Assembly: GCA_963665115.1 (NCBI GenBank)
Contig: OY762007.1
Span: forward strand, 4,320,001 to 4,384,000
DNA length: 64,000 bases
Source of the DNA: an uncultured Rivularia sp.
Lineage (GTDB): Bacteria; Cyanobacteriota; Cyanobacteriia; Cyanobacteriales; Nostocaceae
Direction of reading: 5' to 3'
The position numbers and the translations under genes are program-made. The notes under the pieces are model-generated. The model was not told where the DNA came from and did no database searches. It saw only the letters and a list, made by a program, of their open reading frames with translations. Positions 18,969-28,332 of the stretch are shown here, one piece after another. Each line of letters starts with the position of its first letter. The first letter of the stretch is position 1.

Positions 18969-19163
18969 ATGACTATTCAATTAAAAGTTCCAGATATCGC
19001 TTGTTCGGCTTGTGTAAATACTGTAACTAAAGCGATTAAGTCAGTTGATGCCAATGCCACTGTAGAAGCTGATACAAAAACAAAAATAGTTAATGTTCAA
19101 TCTCAACATTCAGTTGACAAAATTAAAGAAATTATAGCTGAAGCTGGCTACCCGGCTGCTTAA
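18969..19163 (+). CDS. copZ: Copper chaperone (CopZ/Atx1-like HMA domain)
   Basis: IACSAC motif, AGY C-terminus. Confidence 0.88.
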   Translation: MTIQLKVPDIACSACVNTVTKAIKSVDANATVEADTKTKIVNVQSQHSVDKIKEIIAEAGYPAA

Positions 19164-19241
19164 TTTTTTGAAGTACCCGCCAAAATTTCATTTCATACAT
19201 ACAAAAAGCGAGAAAACTCGCTTTATTAACCCATTCCGATT

Positions 19242-21554
19242 ATGGATACTACTACCCTTAAACTGCGAGGTATGAGTTGTGCCTCCTGTGCAAACAGCAT
19301 CGAAGAAACTATTAATTCTGTTCCGGGAGTTAGCGAATGTAACGTTAACTTCGGTGCCGAACAAGCTACTGTAAAATATAATCCCCAAAAAACCGATATC
19401 AAAAAAATTCAGGATGCGGTAGATGCTGCTGGGTACAGTGCAACTCCCTTGCAAGAGCAAGAAATGATTACCGGGGAAGATGATGAGGATAAAGCCGCTC
19501 GTAAAGCCGAATCCCGCGATTTGATTCGCAAGCTAATTGTGGGGGGTGCAATAAGTATTATCCTTATCTTTGGTTCATTACCAATGATGACAGGGCTAGA
19601 ATTACCTTTTGTTCCTGCATGGTTACACAATGCTTGGTTGCAGCTAGCATTTACCGCACCCGTACAGTTTTGGTGTGGTTATGGGTTTTATACCGGGGCT
19701 TGGAAAGCTTTTAAACGCCACGGGGCAACAATGGATACCCTGATTGCTTTGGGTACTTCGGCGGCATTTTTCTATTCACTGTTTGCAACGATATTTCCCG
19801 ATTTCTTTCTCAATCAAGGGTTGATGCCGGAGGTATATTACGAAACTGCTGCTGTTGTAATTACCTTGATTCTGTTAGGACAATTGTTTGAGAATCGCGC
19901 TAAAGGACAAACTAGTGAAGCAATCCGCAAGTTGATTGGTTTGCAGGCTAGGGATGCTCGCGTGATTCGTAATGGAAGGGAAGTAGACGTTCCCATTCAA
20001 GAAGTTGAGCTTGATGACATAATCTTAGTACGTCCTGGTGAGAAAATACCCGTAGATGGAGAAGTCGTGCATGGTACTTCCACTATCGATGAAGCAATGG
20101 TGACGGGGGAAAGCTTACCCGTGAAAAAGCAGCCCGGTGATGAAGTTATCGGCGCGACGATTAATAAAACTGGTAGTTTTAAGTTTAAAGCGACAAGAGT
20201 AGGAAAAGATACTGTACTATCGCAAATTGTACAGTTAGTTAGACAAGCCCAAGGAAGTAAAGCTCCTATTCAAAGATTAGCAGACCAAGTGACGGGATGG
20301 TTTGTCCCGGTGGTAATTGCGATCGCCATTTCTACTTTTGTCATCTGGTTTGATTTTATGGGTAATATCAGCCTCGCTTTAATTACCACTGTTGGGGTTT
20401 TGATTATTGCTTGTCCCTGTGCTTTGGGTTTAGCAACTCCAACATCGGTAATGGTTGGTACGGGTAAAGGTGCTGAAAATGGTATTTTGATTAAAGGTGC
20501 GGAAAGTTTAGAACTCGCTCACAAAATTAAGACGATTGTTTTGGATAAAACCGGGACGTTAACGGAAGGAAAACCTACAGTTACCAATTTCGTGACGGTG
20601 CGCGGTACTGCAAATCAAAATGAGTTTAAACTTATTAAGTTAGCGGCTGCATTAGAGCGTAATTCAGAACATCCTTTGGCAGAAGCCGTAGTTAGATATG
20701 CTGAAAGTCAAGGTGTGGAATTACTAGACGCTAGTGATTTTGAAGCTGTTGCTGGAAGCGGCGTTCAAGGATATGTTGCAGATAACTTTGTGCAAATTGG
20801 GACTAAGCGCTGGCTATCGGAGATTGGGATTGATACCAACTTATTCGGGGAGCAAAAAGACGATTGGGAATCCCTTGGACAAACCGTAATTTGGATTGCT
20901 GTAGATGGGAAAGTTGAAGGTTTGATGGGAATTGCCGATACTCTCAAAGCTACCTCCACCGAAGCGGTAAGAGTAATGCGTAAGATGGGTTTGGAAGTAG
21001 TAATGTTGACCGGAGATAACCGTCCGACAGCTGAAGCGATTGCTGGTGAAGTTGGTATTGACCGCGTGTTTGCAGAAGTCAGACCAGACCAGAAAGCGGC
21101 TGTTGTCAAGTCTTTGCAGGCTGAAGGAATAAAGAAAAGAGGTACAAATAAAAGTTCTCAGAACGAAACAAAAGCATCCGTTGCCAAAATTGTCGCGATG
21201 GTGGGAGATGGTATAAATGATGCCCCAGCTTTAGCACAAGCCGATGTGGGAATGGCAATTGGTACCGGAACTGATGTGGCGATCGCAGCTAGTGACATAA
21301 CTTTAATTTCAGGCGATTTGCGATCGATCGTCACGGCTATAAAACTTTCGAGGGCTACTATCAATAATATTCGTCAGAATTTGTTCTTTGCATTTTTCTA
21401 TAATGTTTTAGGTATTCCCATCGCTGCGGGAATTTTGTTTCCCATATTTGGATGGTTGCTTAACCCCATTATTGCTGGTGGTGCGATGGCTTTTAGTTCG
21501 GTTTCGGTGGTGACTAATGCTTTACGATTGCGTAATTTTCAATTGAAAGGGTGA
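19242..21554 (+). CDS. Cu(I)-translocating P1B-1 ATPase (PacS-like)
   Basis: [28 protein letters not shown]. Confidence 0.95.
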   Translation: MDTTTLKLRGMSCASCANSIEETINSVPGVSECNVNFGAEQATVKYNPQKTDIKKIQDAVDAAGYSATPLQEQEMITGEDDEDKAARKAESRDLIRKLIVGGAISIILIFGSLPMMTGLELPFVPAWLHNAWLQLAFTAPVQFWCGYGFYTGAWKAFKRHGATMDTLIALGTSAAFFYSLFATIFPDFFLNQGLMPEVYYETAAVVITLILLGQLFENRAKGQTSEAIRKLIGLQARDARVIRNGREVDVPIQEVELDDIILVRPGEKIPVDGEVVHGTSTIDEAMVTGESLPVKKQPGDEVIGATINKTGSFKFKATRVGKDTVLSQIVQLVRQAQGSKAPIQRLADQVTGWFVPVVIAIAISTFVIWFDFMGNISLALITTVGVLIIACPCALGLATPTSVMVGTGKGAENGILIKGAESLELAHKIKTIVLDKTGTLTEGKPTVTNFVTVRGTANQNEFKLIKLAAALERNSEHPLAEAVVRYAESQGVELLDASDFEAVAGSGVQGYVADNFVQIGTKRWLSEIGIDTNLFGEQKDDWESLGQTVIWIAVDGKVEGLMGIADTLKATSTEAVRVMRKMGLEVVMLTGDNRPTAEAIAGEVGIDRVFAEVRPDQKAAVVKSLQAEGIKKRGTNKSSQNETKASVAKIVAMVGDGINDAPALAQADVGMAIGTGTDVAIAASDITLISGDLRSIVTAIKLSRATINNIRQNLFFAFFYNVLGIPIAAGILFPIFGWLLNPIIAGGAMAFSSVSVVTNALRLRNFQLKG

Positions 21555-21568
21555 AAGTTAATTAATAA

Positions 21569-22093
21569 ATGTTAAACAAAAAAAAGATTTTAGCGAATCT
21601 TGCTGGGGTGGGATTTTTTCTATCAGTTGTTTCTGGAACAGCTTTGGCTCAAAAACCTGTATCCATGCCAGTTTCTGAACAAGAAAACGTGCAATTTCGA
21701 CGGATTGAACAACCTTTAGGGTTAAAAGCTGCCGTGACTGTAGGTGGTATTGGTTTGATTGGGCTGGAGTTATGGTGGTTTCTTTTTAGTAAATCTAAAA
21801 CCGTCCAAGCTAATAGAAATCAAGACATACAAGAAATAACCATTACTGTAGATGGCGGTTACGAACCAAATCAAGTTGTTGTAGAAGCGGGACAACTAGT
21901 ACGACTCAACTTTTTTCGTCGCGATGCTAGTAGCTGTTTAGAAAAAGTATTAGTTCCAGATTTTCATATTGCTCAGGATTTAACTCTTAATCAAGTGACG
22001 ACTGTAGAATTTACTCCCGAAAAACCGGGAGAATATACTTTTAGTTGTGGAATGAATATGTATCGAGGGAAGATTTTAGCCCAGTTGAATTGA
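21569..22093 (+). CDS. Cupredoxin-domain protein (CupA-like)
   Basis: VDGGYEP, SSCLE, FSCGMNMYRG. Confidence 0.85.
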   Translation: MLNKKKILANLAGVGFFLSVVSGTALAQKPVSMPVSEQENVQFRRIEQPLGLKAAVTVGGIGLIGLELWWFLFSKSKTVQANRNQDIQEITITVDGGYEPNQVVVEAGQLVRLNFFRRDASSCLEKVLVPDFHIAQDLTLNQVTTVEFTPEKPGEYTFSCGMNMYRGKILAQLN

Positions 22094-22236
22094 GTATAAA
22101 ATAAGATAGTTTAAATTAGCGAAATATTTATTCTAGGTTACACCTATTGAGATAACAAATGTTAACCAATTTCAAATATTAATGCTTATTATAAATTAAT
22201 ACATAGCAATTAAATGAAGGATTTACTAAAAAATAA

Positions 22237-22256
22237 ATGCCCCTTTTAAGGGGCAT
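22237..22256 (-). terminator. Intrinsic terminator
   Basis: ATGCCCCTT-tt-AAGGGGCAT with a T-rich tail on the minus strand. Confidence 0.6.
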
Positions 22257-22277
22257 CTGACTTACTAATATTTACTA

Positions 22278-22541
22278 CTATTTCCCAGTAATTGAACGTA
22301 TTAATACGCTCATCACTTCTCCCCGATTTTTAGTTGGTAATAAAGGACTCCAATCACCTATATTTGCGTAACCAAGTTGATGTAAAACTTGAATTGTTCC
22401 CATTACTGCTTCACTAGAACCAATCAATGTATGTCTAATTTTCTCAGGTTCCGGAACTTGGGAAATTATTGGCTGAGAATTAGGGATAACTTTTTCTTGG
22501 TTGCTAGCATCAGGGATGAAGCTTCGATACATTGATATCAT
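22278..22541 (-). CDS. Hypothetical protein (small cyanobacterial type)
   Basis: LHQLGYA...WSPLLP...GEVMSVL; part of the minus-strand run. Confidence 0.65.
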   Translation of the reverse strand: MISMYRSFIPDASNQEKVIPNSQPIISQVPEPEKIRHTLIGSSEAVMGTIQVLHQLGYANIGDWSPLLPTKNRGEVMSVLIRSITGK

Positions 22542-22573
22542 TATTTCTTCCGCCTTATTTTAGAGAGTCAATT

Positions 22574-22843
22574 TCACATTTTTCTCCCCGTGAGGGGTCT
22601 TATTAACTGCCAGTATTCTGCTAATAAGGAATTTGTTGTTTTGAAATACAGACGAAAAGAACCATCTCCGTATCGCTTCAGGTCACGTTCATCAAACATT
22701 ATTTCTCGTCTTTGCAGCCATTGAGAAATACTTTCGTGATAATCAGCCAAGAACAACGCAGGAAAATAGATTCTCCCGGTTTTAATCCCAGTTTTTGGAT
22801 GAGTAAATACTTGAAATTGTGGTTCGCTCAAAACTTCTGCCAT
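22574..22843 (-). CDS. Hypothetical protein
   Basis: 89-aa ORF co-oriented with neighbours. Confidence 0.6.
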   Translation of the reverse strand: MAEVLSEPQFQVFTHPKTGIKTGRIYFPALFLADYHESISQWLQRREIMFDERDLKRYGDGSFRLYFKTTNSLLAEYWQLIRPLTGRKM

Positions 22844-22934
22844 TATTATTACTAGAAATTAAAATTTTTTTAATTTTTTTTGAAAGCTTGTGATAAATAA
22901 ATTGATGTACCTTGACACAAGCTTTCGTGAAGGA

Positions 22935-23672
22935 CTAATTAGATATTGACTCGGAATATTTTACGAAATTCGATACTTTCCATTTCAAGCCATGAACTTT
23001 GTCGGCAATATTTGGTTTAGAGGAAGCACCGTCACATAATAAACAATTCTCACATTGAATTCTGTCATCTTCGGTGTGACGACAAAGAATTTCGTTTTCA
23101 GTTAAAGGTGCATCGGGAGGGATAATTCTAAAAGTTCTCCATCCTTGACTTTGAGCAATACGTGCTTCTGCCAAGCTTTGCACCGAAGCCATCAAATATT
23201 GTTGCCAGCGTAAATCACAGTCATTGCGAAACCACTGGTGTGTATAGCCCGTATATCTACCTGACGCACAAATAATTGGTTCCCACACATCAAACGGTAC
23301 TGCGGTTGGGTCGCCATAGGAACCAATTCTGATAGGATAACGATATCTTCTAAGTACTTCGATTTCGTTTTCGCTAAATTTTGGATAAGTACCCTCTTGA
23401 TATTTTCGGTGAATATTATTAACAGGTAAAAGATTAACGTAGCAACTACCTGTTTGACTCAATTTTAAACTGCAAAAGCCACAAATACCCTCATCCAAAC
23501 CTTTAGAAGCAGCAAAAGTAGGAACAAATTCTTGCTGTAAAATCCACGATTGTATCAGTCTTCCGGTCTTGCGATTTGAACTAGTAGAAACAAAGCCTGT
23601 TAAAATTAGAACTATAGGAGAACCGTCAATTAAAGATGCCCCTTCCCAAACAACGTAACTATTATTCAACAT
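22935..23672 (-). CDS. Cys-rich phage/plasmid-type protein (possible Fe-S)
   Basis: SNRKTG, CGFC...CYV, RIGSYGDP, TGYTHQW, C...CENCLLC. Confidence 0.7.
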   Translation of the reverse strand: MLNNSYVVWEGASLIDGSPIVLILTGFVSTSSNRKTGRLIQSWILQQEFVPTFAASKGLDEGICGFCSLKLSQTGSCYVNLLPVNNIHRKYQEGTYPKFSENEIEVLRRYRYPIRIGSYGDPTAVPFDVWEPIICASGRYTGYTHQWFRNDCDLRWQQYLMASVQSLAEARIAQSQGWRTFRIIPPDAPLTENEILCRHTEDDRIQCENCLLCDGASSKPNIADKVHGLKWKVSNFVKYSESISN

Positions 23673-23811
23673 ATTAATAACAGAAAATGATTTTGATTTT
23701 TGTGAAGCGAAAAAATTTTGAATTGATGATGAAGCAGTAAATAATTGCTGACAGAAAAAAGGGGAATAAAATCTGCTTTATCCCCCTTTAATTTCGTTTA
23801 TAATGCCAGTA

Positions 23812-24189
23812 TTAATTCTCGGCTTTCATTTGAGGATTGACGCTTGCATTTACTCGTGCAGCATATTCTCGTCTCCGCTGCCAAGATAATTCGTTTAGAA
23901 CTACTAAATCTTCTTTCGTCTTGCCAAATTTACGATTAGCAAATTCAAGTAGTTGTTCTAGAGAATAGCGCTTTTCTTCTACTTTTCCAAAATCACTTGC
24001 GAAGCGTTCTTTAAATGCATCCCAATTGAAATCTTGGAAACTATTTTTAGCAAGAAGTCCGCATAAAGAACGTATGGAATAGTAGACTTTGGAGTAAAGT
24101 CTTTCTGAGTAATCGCTAACTGAATACTCGCCAAGAACAGAATCATCAATTGCTTGAAACTTAGGTGTAGAGGATTTACGTGCAGCCAT
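23812..24189 (-). CDS. Hypothetical protein
   Basis: 125-aa ORF followed by a terminator-like hairpin at about 23756-23789. Confidence 0.65.
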   Translation of the reverse strand: MAARKSSTPKFQAIDDSVLGEYSVSDYSERLYSKVYYSIRSLCGLLAKNSFQDFNWDAFKERFASDFGKVEEKRYSLEQLLEFANRKFGKTKEDLVVLNELSWQRRREYAARVNASVNPQMKAEN

Positions 24190-24619
24190 AAGACGGATAT
24201 TTAATTAACTTCATTTTCCTTTGAGCGTAAGCTCTCTTTATGTACTGGTATTTCAGTATTTGAGGATGTGATTTGTAATTTAACTTTGCCAAGATGACAA
24301 GGTGATGGTACAAAAAGTTAGTGGCAAAGTTATGGTGTAAAACTTATTTACGCCCCATTTATTTTCAAAAATTGGATCGTGACCTTTCTGGTCAAAGTCG
24401 AAGCAAGCTAAAATCACCGTTACCGCTTGTTTCAATTTTTATTGATGATAAATGCCGCAATAAATGTTTAAATTACGGCAATTTCAAAGTTCAAAAATCT
24501 AATTACGGTAAAGTCAAAGTAAAACAGGTTTTTTTTTTGAACACAGACATATACTTTGCCATTTATAAATTTGTGATGACTTATGCGGCAGAGTCAGATT
24601 ACAAATCATAGAAATCGAA

Positions 24620-24865
24620 TTACCACCAAGTTGAATCATGGTAATCAGCCATTAAATCCTTCATTTCACAGTTGTGCTGATAATCAACTTCTAACTGTTG
24701 CAAGTCTGTATCAGATACTAGATTTTTCAGTTCTTGCATCATTTCTCGAACATGATTTTCATCGCTAACACCTGAGTAGTAAATTTTGATAAATTTGTCT
24801 GCTTTCGTCATGAATTGTTCGAGGTTTGTGACGAATACTTGTTCTGAACCAATTGCCTGAATCAT
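24620..24865 (-). CDS. Hypothetical protein
   Basis: 81 aa; AAGGAG RBS upstream. Confidence 0.55.
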   Translation of the reverse strand: MIQAIGSEQVFVTNLEQFMTKADKFIKIYYSGVSDENHVREMMQELKNLVSDTDLQQLEVDYQHNCEMKDLMADYHDSTWW

Positions 24866-24900
24866 GATTTTCTCCTTGTAATAACAATTTTTGATGCGTG

Positions 24901-25263
24901 TTAGTATTCGTTTGGAAGCATGAGAACTTTTTCAACCAAATAAAGCTTGATATGGCTCAATGGAAAATCTGTATATTTAATTTCTTGCCGTAATACTTCT
25001 TGATTGGTATCCCACTCACATATCAAAATGCCGGAATTTTCTTGAACTCGTAAATGCCAAATTTGAAATTCTCTTAGTTTTGGATTTAAGAGTAAATTCT
25101 TTGTTTGATGTGAGGCAATTGCATCTAGGAGCCAATAACAATTTGCTTCTTGCGCTAGGTATTGTATACCCTCTGTATATTTCAAGCCGAGCCAGTGTTT
25201 GTAGAGAGTGGCTGAACCATAAAATTGGTTTAGCTCGCTGGCTATTTCTTGCGGAGTTTTCAT
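24901..25263 (-). CDS. DUF6876-like mobile-element protein
   Basis: YTEGIQYLA...CYWLLDAIAS...FQIWHL...YTDFPL...LMLPNEY. Confidence 0.75.
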   Translation of the reverse strand: MKTPQEIASELNQFYGSATLYKHWLGLKYTEGIQYLAQEANCYWLLDAIASHQTKNLLLNPKLREFQIWHLRVQENSGILICEWDTNQEVLRQEIKYTDFPLSHIKLYLVEKVLMLPNEY

Positions 25264-25490
25264 TTTTTAATCCTTGATTTTACGGACTTCACCCTCCCCT
25301 CGGCGTGAGCCGTAAGACGAAAACTGCTGATAATAAATACCAGCAGTTAGAAAATTTTTATAGTTGTTTAGTGATAAGTAAAAAAGATTTTTTTCTAAAC
25401 AGTGACTTACGCTTCGTAACAATAGAATTTTCTTTAGGTAACTCGATTGCGACGCACCATCCCAATATCAGTTTTACCCATCTCACGTTA

Positions 25491-28274
25491 CTACACCTGA
25501 TAAACCTTTAATATTTCATCACCATAGTGATTAATCACCTTAACCGCAATCTTCCCAGGTTTACCGTTTTTATTTCGGGGTGAGTCAAAAGGACGGCTAA
25601 TAGCAGAATAAAGGTCTAACCATGCATCTTGATCAACTTCTGCTTTCAGAGTTTTCCTAAGCTTTTCATAGGGTTTATTTGCTCCAGTAAAATAAGCATG
25701 ACGTACAAAAAAACTTTCACCGTTGTAGTTGGTGTCGATGAACCAGCAAGCAATATCATTTATTGAACTGCTGCGGATTTCGCCAGTGGTGGGGTCGTAA
25801 ATATCTAAACCCTTTAGTTCTACGGTAATTTTGCCATCATCAAGATGTTGGACTTCAATATCTGGTTCTCCAAAAACCATGAACAAGTTACCCGAACCAG
25901 TTTTTTTAAGTACTTCATCACCTAGAAGTAAATCGGGATTCATTTTAGTAACTAATACTTGTAACTTACCGTAGCGTTTAGATTCTTCGGATACGCCAGG
26001 GTCAAATGCAAAACCACAGACAATCAGCAAATCATAGCTTATCCCTTGTACTGCTTCTTTGGCTGCTTCTTTGATTTGGTCGGAGCCAACTGTACCGTAT
26101 TCCGGACCAATAGAAACTGCAACTCGTTTTACCGTACCATCTTTTTCGGTATATTCTCCTTCTGCTTGTATCCATTCACTAGCATAAGGTTCAAGGGAAT
26201 CAAATTTCAGTCGTTCACCTTTCTTAGTATTTTGAACTCCTGCTTTCCTTAAGTTCTCAATAATCCTAAATTCAAACTGGTCAGATGCTTGCTGTGTGGC
26301 TTCTGCCTCTGAAGCTGGTTGTTCTGAGTTAGTAGAAAGGACACGGTGTGGTGATAAACTTTCTACAGTAAACGGACCTGTTACTCGTAACCGCTTTTTA
26401 TCTTCGTAGGGTTGGTCGTAAAGGATTTCACTATCCGAATTGAGAGCGATAGATTCATCAATTTTTTTCTGACGTTCTTGTCTTAGCTTCCACCACTGCT
26501 GTAATAGGTCTTTGGCTTCCTGCGACCATTTATTTTCTGGTTCTCTAGGTATTTCCCATTCTTCCCACTTTTTCTTGAGCAGTTTATTTAACTGGGTACG
26601 AGTAGGTTCTAGTTTTTGTTGATACTTTTCGTGAATCGTATCGATTTCTGGATTGTTGGCGATCGCCTTTAAGGTAATGTGAGGTACGCGCTTGTAAACA
26701 AAGCCTTTTTTTATATCGTTTTCAGTTTTAATATTAGTTGGTGGTAATTTTGTGGTAATTTCTATTTCTTTTTCGATACCTTCTGTGGAATCAGCAAGTA
26801 GGTAGTAGGGGAATTGGGCTGACATTAAACGAGTTCGGGCTAGCGCTAGAGCAACGCGGCTAGTGTCGATGGTAATCCAACGTCTTCCCCATTGTTCAGC
26901 GACGTAGGCTGTGGTGGCACTTCCCATAGTTGGATCTAGGACTAAATCGCCAGGGTCGGTAGTCATAAGAAGACAACGTTCTACAATCTTTCTTACGGAC
27001 TGTACTACATATACTTTTTCTTCTCCTGCTTTTACGTCATCCCATACGTTGTATAGTTCTATTGCTGGAAAATCATCAATAAATCTTTTATAGTTGATAG
27101 AATTTTTAGTAGTTTGTAAACGATTAGCAAAAGCGAGACGTTTCATTCCTTCTGCATTTGTTTTCCAGCATCGACTAGAACCTGGATGAAATTTGCGTCC
27201 TAAAAACGAAAAAGTAAAAGTTGTTGTTGTACTTGCTGAACCAGAATAAAGTCCACTTAATTTATATGGTCGCCAATTATTAGGAATTAAATTAGGATTA
27301 TTTTTTTCTTCTGCTGTCAGAGAGCGATTAAATATTTTATCAGGAGACTCTATTTGGTCAAATCGCATTCCTGTTCCTTTTCCAACACCAACTTCTCTGG
27401 GTTTATAAAGCTGACGGTATTTTAAGAAATCGATGTTCTTGGCGTACCAAATAATATATGTTGCTGCTGACTGAAGATAGCGTGAACCCAAACCTGCTGA
27501 ACTAATGCAAGTGATAATACTAGCATAATTCTCACTTCCAAAAATTTCATCCATTAAACATCTAATTAAATGAACATTTTCATCACCAATCTGCACAAAA
27601 ACGCTACCAGTTTCAGTCAATAATTCTCTCGCTACAATCAAGCGATCGCGCATATAACTTAGATAGGAATGTATTCCTAATTCCCAAGTATCCCGAAAAG
27701 CTTTTACTTGTTCTGGTTGTCGGGTTGCTTCTTCTGCTTTACCATCTTTTACATCTCGCTTAAGAGTAGATACCTGCCAGTTTGATCCAAATTTAATCCC
27801 ATAAGGGGGATCAATGTAGATAGTTTGCACCTTACCTTTTAACCCCTCCTTCTCAGCTAAAGAAGCCATTACCGACAATGAGTCACCTAGAATCATGCGG
27901 TTAGTCCAACTAACCCCTTCTTTATGTTGATAAAAATCAATTAATTTCTCAAATGCTAAACCATTAAAATCACCAAACAAACTTAATTGCTCTGCTTTCT
28001 CTTGTTTAGCCTGAGTACGAAAGTCTTCAATTAATGCTTGGGGATGAATCTTTTCTTGAATATAAATTGGAACTGCGGAAACTTCTAAATCTTCTTTATC
28101 CTGTTCGTCTTTCGTATTCCAAACTAACTGAGGGTCTAAAGATATATCGCGAGAGTATAGTAAATTTGTTGCCTTTTTCTCTTCCTCTGATAAAAAATCG
28201 CGCAGTTCTTCTGTGGGAATATTTGCTCTTTTCTCTTTATGCTTAACAGTATTAATTTGAGTTTTTTTAGACAT
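25491..28274 (-). CDS. mod: Type III R-M adenine methyltransferase (Mod)
   Basis: IYIDPPYG, VLDPTMGSATT, KIAVKVINHYGDE. Confidence 0.92.
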   Translation of the reverse strand: MSKKTQINTVKHKEKRANIPTEELRDFLSEEEKKATNLLYSRDISLDPQLVWNTKDEQDKEDLEVSAVPIYIQEKIHPQALIEDFRTQAKQEKAEQLSLFGDFNGLAFEKLIDFYQHKEGVSWTNRMILGDSLSVMASLAEKEGLKGKVQTIYIDPPYGIKFGSNWQVSTLKRDVKDGKAEEATRQPEQVKAFRDTWELGIHSYLSYMRDRLIVARELLTETGSVFVQIGDENVHLIRCLMDEIFGSENYASIITCISSAGLGSRYLQSAATYIIWYAKNIDFLKYRQLYKPREVGVGKGTGMRFDQIESPDKIFNRSLTAEEKNNPNLIPNNWRPYKLSGLYSGSASTTTTFTFSFLGRKFHPGSSRCWKTNAEGMKRLAFANRLQTTKNSINYKRFIDDFPAIELYNVWDDVKAGEEKVYVVQSVRKIVERCLLMTTDPGDLVLDPTMGSATTAYVAEQWGRRWITIDTSRVALALARTRLMSAQFPYYLLADSTEGIEKEIEITTKLPPTNIKTENDIKKGFVYKRVPHITLKAIANNPEIDTIHEKYQQKLEPTRTQLNKLLKKKWEEWEIPREPENKWSQEAKDLLQQWWKLRQERQKKIDESIALNSDSEILYDQPYEDKKRLRVTGPFTVESLSPHRVLSTNSEQPASEAEATQQASDQFEFRIIENLRKAGVQNTKKGERLKFDSLEPYASEWIQAEGEYTEKDGTVKRVAVSIGPEYGTVGSDQIKEAAKEAVQGISYDLLIVCGFAFDPGVSEESKRYGKLQVLVTKMNPDLLLGDEVLKKTGSGNLFMVFGEPDIEVQHLDDGKITVELKGLDIYDPTTGEIRSSSINDIACWFIDTNYNGESFFVRHAYFTGANKPYEKLRKTLKAEVDQDAWLDLYSAISRPFDSPRNKNGKPGKIAVKVINHYGDEILKVYQV

Positions 28275-28332
28275 GGTTAATTACTCTACTTATTAATAAA
28301 AAAATGGATAAAGAAGTTCTTAGTAATCAGCA

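Noticed and set aside
24321..24768. Plus-strand ORFs 24321-24611 and 24583-24768
   Set aside because: Antisense to the local gene run, overlapping repeats or a better ORF, with no motifs
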